Source: Candidatus Latescibacterota bacterium
GTDB taxonomy: Bacteria > Latescibacterota > UBA2968 > UBA8231
Reading direction: 5' to 3'
Length of the DNA: 64,000 bases
Assembly: GCA_965205655.1 (NCBI GenBank)
Contig: CBDBIJ010000042.1
Location: forward strand, 1 to 64,000
The notes beneath the pieces were generated by a model. That model was not told the origin of the DNA. It saw only the letters and a list, made by a program, of their open reading frames with translations, and searched no databases. The position numbers were made by a program, and so were the translations under genes. Shown piece after piece: positions 41,287 through 50,480 of this stretch (its first letter is position 1; each line of letters begins with the position of its first letter).

Positions 41287-41940
41287 CTACTGAGCCTCCA
41301 TGCTATGTTCGAGCCAGGCGGTCAGGTCTTTCAGACACGCCTGGCTGATCTCGTGGCCCATATCGTACTCGAGGTAGGTCAAATCGAGCGGCAGTCCCTT
41401 TAGCAGATCGGCCGAGGCACGGCCCTGCGAGATCGGTATGAGCTGATCGAAGCATCCGTGGCTCATGAACATCGGCTTATCCCGGAGAGCTTCTCCCGCC
41501 TCTTTGGGGGGAATCATCTCAGGCACAAATACCCCGCTCAGCGAGGCGAGGCCCGCCACCAGGTCGGGGTGGTTCAGGCCTGCGCTCACAGCCATTGAGG
41601 CGCCCTGGCTGAAACCGAGCAGAAAGGTGCTCCCGCCGCTGGCGTCGTGCTTCTCCTGGAGCTCCTGGATCAGATCCACCAGCCGCTCCAATGCGGCAGC
41701 CACGTCATCGAACTCGACCACGATGCCCTCGGGCCCGAGCTCGATCGGAAACCAGGCGTAGCCGCCCTGCTCCAGGAGCAACGGCGCGCGCACGCTGACG
41801 ACACGGAAGCGCGAATCGACATGTGGCGCCAGTCCCATCAGGTCGTTCTCGTCGCTGCCATAGCCGTGCAACAACACCAGGAGCGGCGCGGTGTCGGCGT
41901 CCGTGGAGGTCGGCTCGCGAATGATGTGACGGAGGCTCAT
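41287..41940 (-). CDS. Alpha/beta hydrolase (phospholipase/carboxylesterase)
   Basis: LLHGYGS, GFSQG, HG.FD, MGHEI; start ATG 41940 overlaps the upstream stop. Confidence 0.9.
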   Translation of the reverse strand: MSLRHIIREPTSTDADTAPLLVLLHGYGSDENDLMGLAPHVDSRFRVVSVRAPLLLEQGGYAWFPIELGPEGIVVEFDDVAAALERLVDLIQELQEKHDASGGSTFLLGFSQGASMAVSAGLNHPDLVAGLASLSGVFVPEMIPPKEAGEALRDKPMFMSHGCFDQLIPISQGRASADLLKGLPLDLTYLEYDMGHEISQACLKDLTAWLEHSMEAQ

Positions 41941-44129
41941 TCGACCTGCAGCTCGTATTCTCCGCTCCGATGCACGACCAGGACGATGTAACCACTCTCC
42001 GCGATGGCGAGCCGAACGCTGGAATTGGGAATCATCTTCTCGTTGCGCCACACTGTTTCGCCGTTCAGACTGACAGCGGGAAATCTGAGCCCGCACCGCG
42101 GCGCGCACAGATGGGTCTCGCCGGCGCCTTCGGTAGCTACAGACAATGTGAAGGCCTTGCCGTCGGAGTTGCGCGACCAGTCCACCACGACCCAGCCTCT
42201 CGGCGTCATGAGCCGTCCGGCGGCACCCGGTAGCTCCCGCGAAGGCGGCCTGACTTCGAGAACCCCGTATCCCGGGCTCCCAGGCCTGATGCCGAGAATC
42301 CGCGAGCCGAGGTAGTACTCCGGTCCAGGCGCGGCCCCCTCATCGGCTCGGGCCGGGCTGACCTTGTCGCTCCATGACCAGCCATCCTTTTCTGCGATCC
42401 TGCGCCAGTGCATGGCGAGGCACTCCGTGGCGCGCTCCTCTGCGCCCGCCTGCCAGAGGCCTCCGAGCAGAAAAAAAGCGCGTCCGAGATCTCTGATAGG
42501 TTCGACATCATCGTCGCGCAAGCCGCTGACGATTCGTTGTCGCCGCGGCTCGTGCGCCAGATCGAAGTAGAGGACGAGGCCGTTCGTCCATTGGCTGAAT
42601 TGTTCTGACGAACCGGCGCTATCCCGGAAGAGACCCCGATCCTGCGCCCATGCCTTCTCGATCTCGCCGTTGACGGCAGTGAGGTGGGTCTCGCAGGACG
42701 ATGCCCTCGCCGCTTCACCCATCGTTCGAAAGATTCGGCTGCAGGCTCGCAGACACCCGGCCTTTTTCGCCAGCTGGACCGTCGGTGGCAGGTCGGCTGT
42801 GTCATCCTGGGCGATGGTTGCAAGGACGAGCTCCAGATCCGGCATTGACTCACCGAGCATCCGGTCGTCGCCCGAGTATTGATGATAGGCCTCGAGAAAT
42901 AGGGGATAGGCAAGCGCGTTGACGAAGGCCTTCGCGGCCAGCTCGCTCGCGCGGGCCCGACGCAGCGTCGACCTCGCCGTCGACGCGTCCCCGGTCAATA
43001 CATAGTCGTCCAACGCTACTGCCAGCCCCCCCATCCAGTCGAACGGAGCGGTTGGCGATGATGCGCAGTAGGTCTCGTGGCGGCACAGCTGCAGGCTCTG
43101 AAGCCCCGTTCGCCAGGTTTGTTCGAGCTCTGGCGGCCGCGTCATTGAGCCAGCAGTGGACACGATGGCCTGGCGAGTCACGAGCTCGAGGCGCTCCAGC
43201 TCCACCTCGGTCTCAAACTGACTCAGCCGCACAACCACGAAGCGGCCCCGGTGCATGTGAAGGCCCCACCACTCCTGGCTTCCGGCGCGGCAGATGTATC
43301 TCGCGCGCGTCACCGCGCCGGCGAGTGTGCAGGCGAATCCCAGCTCGACGATCCCGCCCCGATCACCCGATCTCATGCGCAGGTGAGGGCTGCCGTCGAC
43401 GATCCGTCCCAAGTCGACGACGATGACGACAGCCCGATCGGGTGACCTCGTCTGCACTATCGTGCGCGCTTTCCCCCCGTGAAGCAGCCCCTCCGGGTGA
43501 ACGCACTTGCATGTGTTCAGCGCTTCTGCTGACGCCATACACTCCAGCGCCCCTTGGGCATCGATCTCGCCAGAGGTGACGAGCCTGGAGCCGCTCACCG
43601 CGACCTCTTCGACGTCGAGCGTACGCAATTCATCCGAGGGGATAGCTCTCACGTCGACGAGCGCCGCGGCGTCCCATTTCGACACTCCGTCTGCGGTTTG
43701 AAGAAAGCGCGGATCTTCAATCGCCGAGTGGGTTTCCAGAAGCCCCTGTGAAAACGTGGAGGGATTCGTCTCGGAGGCGCAGGCGCACCACGATTCATCT
43801 GTGGTCAATTCTGCTCCATCGCCGCCGAGCTGGCCGTGACACATGAACCAGGGGGGTGAATCTGCCCCTTCAGCCCGCGGCGTGGAAACGAGAACGATCA
43901 GCTCATGCTCCCCTGGCGATGTCTCGCTGATCTCGAATCGGTTCCACGATGAAGTTTCCTCCCATCCGGCAGCGAAGCCACGACCGAGCAGCTGGCCGTC
44001 GAGGCTGACCTCGAAGGAGCCACTCCCGCTGCAGCTGATCCATCCGTTCCCCGCAGAATGGAATGTCAGCAGTTTTCGCAGATAGACCCGCGGCAGGGCC
44101 GCGGCATGCCAGATCGGTTTCGGTTCCAC
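41937..44129 (-). CDS. Alpha-L-rhamnosidase (GH78)-like protein, divergent
   Basis: VVDLGRIVDG, GRFVVVRL, FSQWTNGL, ILGIRPGSPGY, TPRGWVVVDW; catalytic motifs not recognisable. Confidence 0.6.
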   Translation of the reverse strand: MEPKPIWHAAALPRVYLRKLLTFHSAGNGWISCSGSGSFEVSLDGQLLGRGFAAGWEETSSWNRFEISETSPGEHELIVLVSTPRAEGADSPPWFMCHGQLGGDGAELTTDESWCACASETNPSTFSQGLLETHSAIEDPRFLQTADGVSKWDAAALVDVRAIPSDELRTLDVEEVAVSGSRLVTSGEIDAQGALECMASAEALNTCKCVHPEGLLHGGKARTIVQTRSPDRAVVIVVDLGRIVDGSPHLRMRSGDRGGIVELGFACTLAGAVTRARYICRAGSQEWWGLHMHRGRFVVVRLSQFETEVELERLELVTRQAIVSTAGSMTRPPELEQTWRTGLQSLQLCRHETYCASSPTAPFDWMGGLAVALDDYVLTGDASTARSTLRRARASELAAKAFVNALAYPLFLEAYHQYSGDDRMLGESMPDLELVLATIAQDDTADLPPTVQLAKKAGCLRACSRIFRTMGEAARASSCETHLTAVNGEIEKAWAQDRGLFRDSAGSSEQFSQWTNGLVLYFDLAHEPRRQRIVSGLRDDDVEPIRDLGRAFFLLGGLWQAGAEERATECLAMHWRRIAEKDGWSWSDKVSPARADEGAAPGPEYYLGSRILGIRPGSPGYGVLEVRPPSRELPGAAGRLMTPRGWVVVDWSRNSDGKAFTLSVATEGAGETHLCAPRCGLRFPAVSLNGETVWRNEKMIPNSSVRLAIAESGYIVLVVHRSGEYELQVE

Positions 44130-44200
44130 GAGCCAGTCCCGGTTAGGTTCAGTGACGTCTATAAAGAAAAGTAGATAGACTGTGTTTGTCGCACGGCAAT

Positions 44201-44241
44201 AGAAAGGCCCGATCCGAACGCGAGACGTCGAACCGGGCCTT
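44201..44241 (-). terminator. Intrinsic terminator after degP
   Basis: Minus strand AAGGCCCGGTTCGA..TCGGATCGGGCCTT followed by TCTATT. Confidence 0.65.
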
Positions 44242-44264
44242 GGCGATCTGCGAAAAAGTGTGGT

Positions 44265-45695
44265 CTATCTCTTGGGCAGTTTGAGAGTGACGAACCTGGT
44301 GAATTTCTGGCGCGCGTCCAGGACCAGCATGAGCACCGTCCCTTCCGACTCCGCCAGAGCGTCCTCGTAGTCGGAGACTGATTCGATTTGTCGCCGGTTC
44401 ACCTCGATGATGAGGTCGCCCCGATGCAACTTTGCCCGCGCCGCCCTGCTTCCACTCTCCACCTGGGCGACGATGACACCTCGCTCATCCTCGTATCCCA
44501 GTTTGTCTGCCAGCTCGGCCGTGAGCTCCTGAACTCGAAGACCGAGCTGCTCTGATTGCCTCTGGGGCTCTTCAGCCGCGAGTTCCCCTTCATCCAGAGC
44601 TGTTAGTGTGGCCTTGACTTTTCGTTCCTTTCCGTCCCGCCACACCCGCAGCTTCACTCCCGTACCCGGAGGACTATGGGCGATTTTGTTGCGCAGTTCG
44701 GCTGTGGAATTCGTCTTGGCACCGTCCACGTCGAGGACGATGTCGCCGACCTTCAATCCGGCCTTCTCAGCCGCGCTGTCCTCGCTTACGTCCCCGATGA
44801 GAACACCCCGAGGTTTGTCCAGTCCCATCGTCTTGGCGAGCGCGTCGTCGACCTCCTGGATGCGCACTCCCAGGAGCCCGCGCCGCACCTGCCCGTGCTC
44901 GATGAGCTGTTCCATGACGTTGCTGACGAGATTGATGGGAATGGCGAAGCCGATTCCGTCATAGCCGCCGCTTCGGCTGGCGATAGCCGTGTTGATGCCC
45001 ACGAGCTGACCCCTCGTGTCGATGAGAGCCCCGCCGCTATTGCCAGGATTGATGGCCGCGTCGGTCTGGATGTACTCCTCGTATTCGGCCAGCCTCACGT
45101 GTCCCCTTCCAAGGGCGCTTACGACACCGGTCGTCACCGTGTGGAGTTGCCCGAAGGGACTCCCCACGGCCACGACGAGCTCGCCCACCGACAGTTGGTC
45201 AGAGTCTCCGAAGGGGATGGCCGTCAATTCGTCAGCATCGATCTTCAGCACTGCCAGGTCGGTGAGCGGATCTCGTCCCACGACCTCGGCCTCGAAGCTG
45301 CGCTTGTCCACCAGGTGGACGGTGATCCGGTCTGCCACGGAGTTGGCGCCTATCGTGATGACGTGGTTGTTTGTGAGGATGAAGCCCTCATTTGAGGCGA
45401 TGACGCCGGACCCGAGGCCCTCTTGTATGCCCTTCCGAGGCTCACGGGGCATGCGGAAGAACGGGTGCCTCCCGAAAAAATCCTCAAAAGGGGTGCCAAC
45501 GTAAGGATTGTTTCTGGCGCTGATCTCTCTCTCGGTTTCGATAGCCACCACCGCCGGTTTTACTTCAGCTGCCAAAGCCGCGAAGGCGTCGCTGAACTCC
45601 TGCAGAGGCCGGAGTTTGTCTGTCTCGATCCCCGACGCCCCGAGGCTCGAGCTCAACAGATAGACTGCCACAATTGGTGAAGAAACTCGCTTCAT
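44265..45695 (-). CDS. degP: HtrA/DegP family serine protease with two PDZ domains
   Basis: GLGSGV, TNNHV, DLAVLK, IQTDAAINPGNSGG, two PDZ-like regions. Confidence 0.95.
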   Translation of the reverse strand: MKRVSSPIVAVYLLSSSLGASGIETDKLRPLQEFSDAFAALAAEVKPAVVAIETEREISARNNPYVGTPFEDFFGRHPFFRMPREPRKGIQEGLGSGVIASNEGFILTNNHVITIGANSVADRITVHLVDKRSFEAEVVGRDPLTDLAVLKIDADELTAIPFGDSDQLSVGELVVAVGSPFGQLHTVTTGVVSALGRGHVRLAEYEEYIQTDAAINPGNSGGALIDTRGQLVGINTAIASRSGGYDGIGFAIPINLVSNVMEQLIEHGQVRRGLLGVRIQEVDDALAKTMGLDKPRGVLIGDVSEDSAAEKAGLKVGDIVLDVDGAKTNSTAELRNKIAHSPPGTGVKLRVWRDGKERKVKATLTALDEGELAAEEPQRQSEQLGLRVQELTAELADKLGYEDERGVIVAQVESGSRAARAKLHRGDLIIEVNRRQIESVSDYEDALAESEGTVLMLVLDARQKFTRFVTLKLPKR

Positions 45696-45840
45696 CTCCC
45701 AATCTCTCCAGTCGATCGAATGTGTAACAATGCGCTCCCTAGGACGAGGGGCGGCGGTTCAGGTTCCCCCCTTTCGCCGTCGAATTGACCGCGCGAGCAC
45801 GCCTCCACTGTGCGGCCTTTCGCATCATCGAGGCTGCCAC

Positions 45841-45880
45841 AAAAAAAGCCCCTCCCCGAGGGGAGGGGCCTCTCTTTCTT
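45841..45880 (-). terminator. Intrinsic terminator after the DUF5610-like gene
   Basis: Minus strand GCCCCTCCCC-TC-GGGGAGGGGC followed by T7. Confidence 0.85.
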
Positions 45881-45924
45881 GGGGCGTTTCAGCTCTGCCG
45901 TCCGGCGAGCTTTGAGAGTCAATC

Positions 45925-46516
45925 CTACACGACCAGCAACTGCTCCCCCTTCTTCCTCGGTTTCCTCAACGGCTTCGGGGTCGATGAGGGCGCCTTGCTG
46001 CTCTTCGCCGAAGTCGTCGATTCCCTTCATGACGAGGTCGAAGGTCTCGTCGATTCCAGCCGACATTTCCGGCGAGATGTCGCCGATTCCCGACAGGATG
46101 CTGAGAGCACCCTCGAATCCGGTCTTGACGGCATCTTTTATGAGCGACGTGAATCCTTCGATCTGGAGACCCCCCTTCTCGCCCTGATGGTTCAGCTGGA
46201 AGGCGCCGAAGAAACCCACCGAGAAGTCGACGATCCGCTTGGCGGTCGCCTCGGGGGAGAAATCCATCCCGCTCGACATCAGCGACTGGACGTTTGTGTC
46301 CATGCCCGCTGTCTCGAAGGCCCCGTTGAGCCTATCGGTGAGCGAGGTATTCAGGACCTTCTGGACGTAGGTGACATCGATCTGCGTTCCCACGCTGAGA
46401 AGGACGCTTGCTGTGGCGTTCCCGTCCTGGGAGGCGACTTGAGTCGCCTTGATTTGAGTCTGGGTGATGCTGATGGACGCGATGAGGCTCTGGCTCTGAG
46501 CAGACCCGACTTCCAT
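45925..46516 (-). CDS. DUF5610-like protein (true stop probably 45925; an extra G in a G5 run causes apparent read-through)
   Basis: DFSPEATAKRIVDFS..IKDAVKTGFEGA..IDETFDLVMKGIDDF; SD AAGGAGG; deleting one base at 45945-45949 gives ..EEGEQLLVV* just before the terminator. Confidence 0.72.
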
Positions 46517-46561
46517 GGTATCCTCCTTGAGGGTAAAAAAAGTAATACACGCCTACTCAAT

Positions 46562-46588
46562 TCATCGGCGGCGCCTGGAAATCCTTCA
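46562..46588 (-). promoter_or_regulatory. Putative sigma28 (FliA)-type promoter
   Basis: Minus strand TGAA-N15-GCCGATGA versus consensus TAAA-N15-GCCGATAA. Confidence 0.6.
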
Positions 46589-46616
46589 GTGGTTTTTCAC
46601 CCACTCGCGTCGGCAC

Positions 46617-46653
46617 AAAAAAGGGGGGCTGAATCTAAGTCCAGCCCCCACCT
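46617..46653 (-). terminator. Intrinsic terminator after the outer-membrane gene pair
   Basis: Minus strand GGGGGCTGGA..TTCAGCCCCC followed by CTTTTTT. Confidence 0.8.
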
Positions 46654-46675
46654 GCGGATACTCAAGACCGCTGCC

Positions 46676-48076
46676 CTATACCCTCTTTATCTGGAACCTG
46701 AAAAGGTTGATTGAGTAGCCGAAACCCTGCGATAATCCAGGCAGGAATCCACCTCTATTGGCTATTCCGGTCTCCAGCAGATTCAGCTGCACTCTTCCCA
46801 ACGTGAACGGCCCGAAGGCAAAGCCCACAGCGGACGTCTGACCGGAGCGTCCCCCTACAGATAAACCGAATCTGAAGGGGAACCAGTTGACCAGGCGGTA
46901 CTCAGCCGCCGCCGCGATGTGAGGCGTCGTCGATATCCCGAACCCGCTGCTGAATGCCTGGTCGTAGTTCCCACTTAATGTCAGGCGTGGCATGAGCTCA
47001 TGGGCGACGCCGACTCTCAGCATCGCCGGTAGAGAGCGGGAGAAACTGCTGATGTCGATTTCTTCGTGGAACACCTTTTTGCCGTTTTCATCCACCGGAT
47101 TCTTGGTAACATCCTCCAAGTCCTTGAGGCCCGAGAAGCTCAAGGCGTTCACGTCCTCAGCCGACACGAACACGGAGTCCTGTTGGGTGCGGATGCTCCA
47201 GCTCATGGTGTCGAGGAAGTTCATCAAGGCGATACTTCCTGTAGTCTTGCCGTTCTTGGTGACGCCCGCTACCCCGAAATCAAGTCCGAAACCGATGCCA
47301 AGACCAAACCGAGACACGCCATACGCGTCGATATCGGCGCCGCTTCTCCTAGTGATAAAACCTCCGTCCGAGCGAATCACTTCGCCGAAGCCGCCGCCCA
47401 ACACTTTGAGCGTTGTGCCGACGGTGAACTGGCTCATGTGAGGACTGAGCTGAGTCGGCATCCAGGGCTTAGCAAAACCCCAGCTGAAGACGCCGAGCCC
47501 CCAGCCTTCGCCGTCCCATTCGGCGATGTCGTAGTTCGGGTCCCGTCCTTGCTCGATTCGAACCTGCTCGAAGTCGTTGCCGCGCATGAGGAACTCGATC
47601 ATGTCTCTGGGAATCTTGCCCTCGACGCCACCCTGTGCATCTATGGCGATGGCGCTGCTCAGACCCCACGGCAGCGGGAAGGTGAATCCCCCTACCAGTG
47701 GGAGAAACAGGCCGATGTCGGTGTTGAACTTGAGACCGCCCTGCTTGAGATCACCGAGCAGGCCGTCTTTGGCTGCATCGTCGATGAACTCGCCGTTGTG
47801 ATAGTTGTAGTCGGCGACGGACCAGCTGTTGTTTTCGAGCACGATGCTGATTCCGAGACTCAGCGGCAAAGAGATCTTTGGGCTGTCTTTCAGCGCCAGG
47901 TTCGCGGGATTCCAGTAGAGCGCTTCGGCCCCCCGCGCCATAGCGCCGTAGCTACCCGCCATACCCATGGCCCGGGGCTGGGTGTCTCCGTATCCGGTAG
48001 CCTCGACCTGACTCGTAAATAGCGCGAAGGCCGTCATTGCGGCCAGCAGAGAGTGCAATCTGATCGTCGTATTCAT
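46676..48076 (-). CDS. Outer-membrane beta-barrel, FadL-fold-like (DUF5723-like)
   Basis: Signal peptide; RAMGMAG..ALYWNPANLA; SLPAMLRVGVA; AEYR..PFRFG. Confidence 0.65.
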   Translation of the reverse strand: MNTTIRLHSLLAAMTAFALFTSQVEATGYGDTQPRAMGMAGSYGAMARGAEALYWNPANLALKDSPKISLPLSLGISIVLENNSWSVADYNYHNGEFIDDAAKDGLLGDLKQGGLKFNTDIGLFLPLVGGFTFPLPWGLSSAIAIDAQGGVEGKIPRDMIEFLMRGNDFEQVRIEQGRDPNYDIAEWDGEGWGLGVFSWGFAKPWMPTQLSPHMSQFTVGTTLKVLGGGFGEVIRSDGGFITRRSGADIDAYGVSRFGLGIGFGLDFGVAGVTKNGKTTGSIALMNFLDTMSWSIRTQQDSVFVSAEDVNALSFSGLKDLEDVTKNPVDENGKKVFHEEIDISSFSRSLPAMLRVGVAHELMPRLTLSGNYDQAFSSGFGISTTPHIAAAAEYRLVNWFPFRFGLSVGGRSGQTSAVGFAFGPFTLGRVQLNLLETGIANRGGFLPGLSQGFGYSINLFRFQIKRV

Positions 48077-48091
48077 CGTTGCCCTTCTCCC

Positions 48092-50341
48092 TTAGTCGAG
48101 GAGGTCCGAGTTGAGCAGCAGCTCGACGCCCATTCCCGCGATGATGTTGATGAAGTTGTCCGCACGTATCTCCACCTCTCCCTGTGTCTGCGGCAAAGTC
48201 ACCCGGACTCCGGAAAACAGTTTCGCATGGTCGTCGTCTTCCCTTGCGGGGTCGTCGTCTTCAAGGATTAACGCCACAACCTCGTCTGCCGTCAGCTCTA
48301 TCGTTATCTCCGTCGTCTCGATCCCATCGGAGAAGCCCGTCTCCGGATCGACCGGTGCCGCCTTTGCCTGAAACGGCGGCTCCGGGTAATCAGCTGCGTC
48401 CTCCCCGGAGAAGCGAGCTATCCGTCTCGGAATGGTGATGACGTGGTCGCCACTCGTGGTGTCGAATACGGCCGCTCGCGTCCTGCCGACGAACAGCCTG
48501 ACGCCGACACCGAGGGGAATGCTGTTCTCGAGGGTAGCGGTCACCGACCCGCTCACGAAGTTGGATCGTATTTTTCGCCTCGCCTCGGAATCGCGGAACG
48601 TGATGTCCTTTATGCTCTCCTCCGGGTCCATCTGGGTGTCAGCCGTGATAGAGAGTCTCGGCTCGGTATCGAAAACGACTCGGTCGAGAGTCACCGAATG
48701 ACTCGAGTCGATAATACCTGGAGTGACGCCGTCGCCGACGACAACCCTGGCGTTGATCACTATTTCACTGGGCAGGAAGTTCAGAAAGTCGGTGAGGGCG
48801 ACCGGTGAGACCGTCAATGTGTCGGAGACCGGAAAATCCGGGTCTCCGCGTTTGAACGTCTCCCGTATCGGCAGAAGAGGGGCCGGCTCGCCGGCTGTGT
48901 TTGTCCCGGTAATGTCCAGCTCCACCTCGGCTTGAAAGCCGATGGCGCTGGTGACGTGCACTTCGAGGCTGGTCGTCGCGATGTTGATGTTGTCGAGGCC
49001 TGCCGGTATTTCCACAGTCTGCCGCTGCTCGGGAATGTCGAGTGACACCTGGTCGAGGCGACCCTCCAAGCGGCTGAACACGAGCGGGCTCACGACGACA
49101 TTGACTGCAAGCGCCTGGTCTGATGAAATGGTCTCGACCTGGTCCGATTCGGACGTCGTGGCCACGTAGGCTACCCGCAGTTGGTCCGGATCATCGGGGT
49201 TTCTTCCTCGCGGCTGAACGAACGACGCGTTGCCCAAAGGAAACGTTACCGGCTGGGACGTGCTGCGGGGGTCGAGAGGAATCTCGAAATCGACCGGCTG
49301 ACCGGTGTCCCTGTCAACTAGATTCAGCACCGACAGCTTCACGTTGACGATCAGCGGAATCTGGTTGTCGATGGTGATTTCGATCTCACCCTGCGAGATC
49401 GCCGCCGAATCCACCTTCACGTCCGACTCCGGAAAGTTGACGATCTGGGGCTCTTCAGGGGCGAACGCCTGCTGCGGAATCTTGCCACTCACCGAGGAAA
49501 CCTCGAGCGGATCTAGGCTCGCCACGATCACCAGTCTGGGATCATCGCCGATGGTGACCGCTCCGTCGTCTCCTGTGATGATGCTGACCTTGAAGGCGAG
49601 ACTTCCACTGATCGACTCCCCGTCCAGCGACAGGCGACCACTATCTGTGCCGCCGTTCCCGGAGACATCTTGAATGGTGATAGACTCACCAACGTCTCTG
49701 CCTCTGCCGCTGTCGCGCAGAGTTACCTGGAGCCTCGACAGAGGTATCGGTAGCCCGTTTGTGACGGAGATATCGATTCCCCCCCGCTGGATGACCACCT
49801 CGTCGATGTTTTCGAGGTCGAATCCGACCGGGGGTAGCGACACGTCCACCGCCGTAGGGAGCGCTTCCGGGATCTCCGCACCGGGTTCCAGGTCGATCTG
49901 GATCTCCACACCGCCTCCCGCGTCGATTGAGGTGGGTAACCCCAGGTCCTCCAGAGCTATTTCGACCGGCGGCAGCGGTGCACCCGGAAGTTTGATTGTC
50001 CCGATCGGCGTCGGCGGCAGCTCCTGTTCCGTCGCAGGAGTCGCCAAGTTGTCGCCTACCTTCGCGGTGCCGAGCACCTCGTCGGGGTTCTCAGGTACCG
50101 TCAGGTGGAGTGCCATACCCCCGGTCTGTTCGTCGATCTCCAGGAAGCTGGAGCGACCGGCGACCACCTCCCTGATGGTCTTATTGTCGTTAGCGACTGG
50201 AATGTTGATAACAAAATTCGTGCTCGGTGCGGCGGGTCGGGATACGGCGCAGCCATCGACGAGAATGGCGACGACTCCCACGCCGATCCCCCCCGTGACT
50301 GCAGCCACTGCCATAGATAAACCAGGTCGGATTTGCCTCAT
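48092..50341 (-). CDS. Large hypothetical lipoprotein (beta-rich, acidic)
   Basis: 749-aa ORF, CAGGAGG SD, hydrophobic leader ending VDGC. Confidence 0.7.
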   Translation of the reverse strand: MRQIRPGLSMAVAAVTGGIGVGVVAILVDGCAVSRPAAPSTNFVINIPVANDNKTIREVVAGRSSFLEIDEQTGGMALHLTVPENPDEVLGTAKVGDNLATPATEQELPPTPIGTIKLPGAPLPPVEIALEDLGLPTSIDAGGGVEIQIDLEPGAEIPEALPTAVDVSLPPVGFDLENIDEVVIQRGGIDISVTNGLPIPLSRLQVTLRDSGRGRDVGESITIQDVSGNGGTDSGRLSLDGESISGSLAFKVSIITGDDGAVTIGDDPRLVIVASLDPLEVSSVSGKIPQQAFAPEEPQIVNFPESDVKVDSAAISQGEIEITIDNQIPLIVNVKLSVLNLVDRDTGQPVDFEIPLDPRSTSQPVTFPLGNASFVQPRGRNPDDPDQLRVAYVATTSESDQVETISSDQALAVNVVVSPLVFSRLEGRLDQVSLDIPEQRQTVEIPAGLDNINIATTSLEVHVTSAIGFQAEVELDITGTNTAGEPAPLLPIRETFKRGDPDFPVSDTLTVSPVALTDFLNFLPSEIVINARVVVGDGVTPGIIDSSHSVTLDRVVFDTEPRLSITADTQMDPEESIKDITFRDSEARRKIRSNFVSGSVTATLENSIPLGVGVRLFVGRTRAAVFDTTSGDHVITIPRRIARFSGEDAADYPEPPFQAKAAPVDPETGFSDGIETTEITIELTADEVVALILEDDDPAREDDDHAKLFSGVRVTLPQTQGEVEIRADNFINIIAGMGVELLLNSDLLD

Positions 50342-50480
50342 CGCGCTGCGAAACCTCCTGTTAGCCTGAATTATTCATAAAAATGCGGTGACCTCTTGTA
50401 CAACTGGTTGTTTCGCCCTAAGTTAGGGTTGGACACAAACAACAACCATTTGAGAGGACACCGCGATGGAAAGTTCGCAG

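Noticed and set aside
45692..45924. C-terminal extension of the 274-aa ORF overlapping the degP start
   Set aside because: It runs through a strong terminator and is explained by a single inserted G at 45945-45949.
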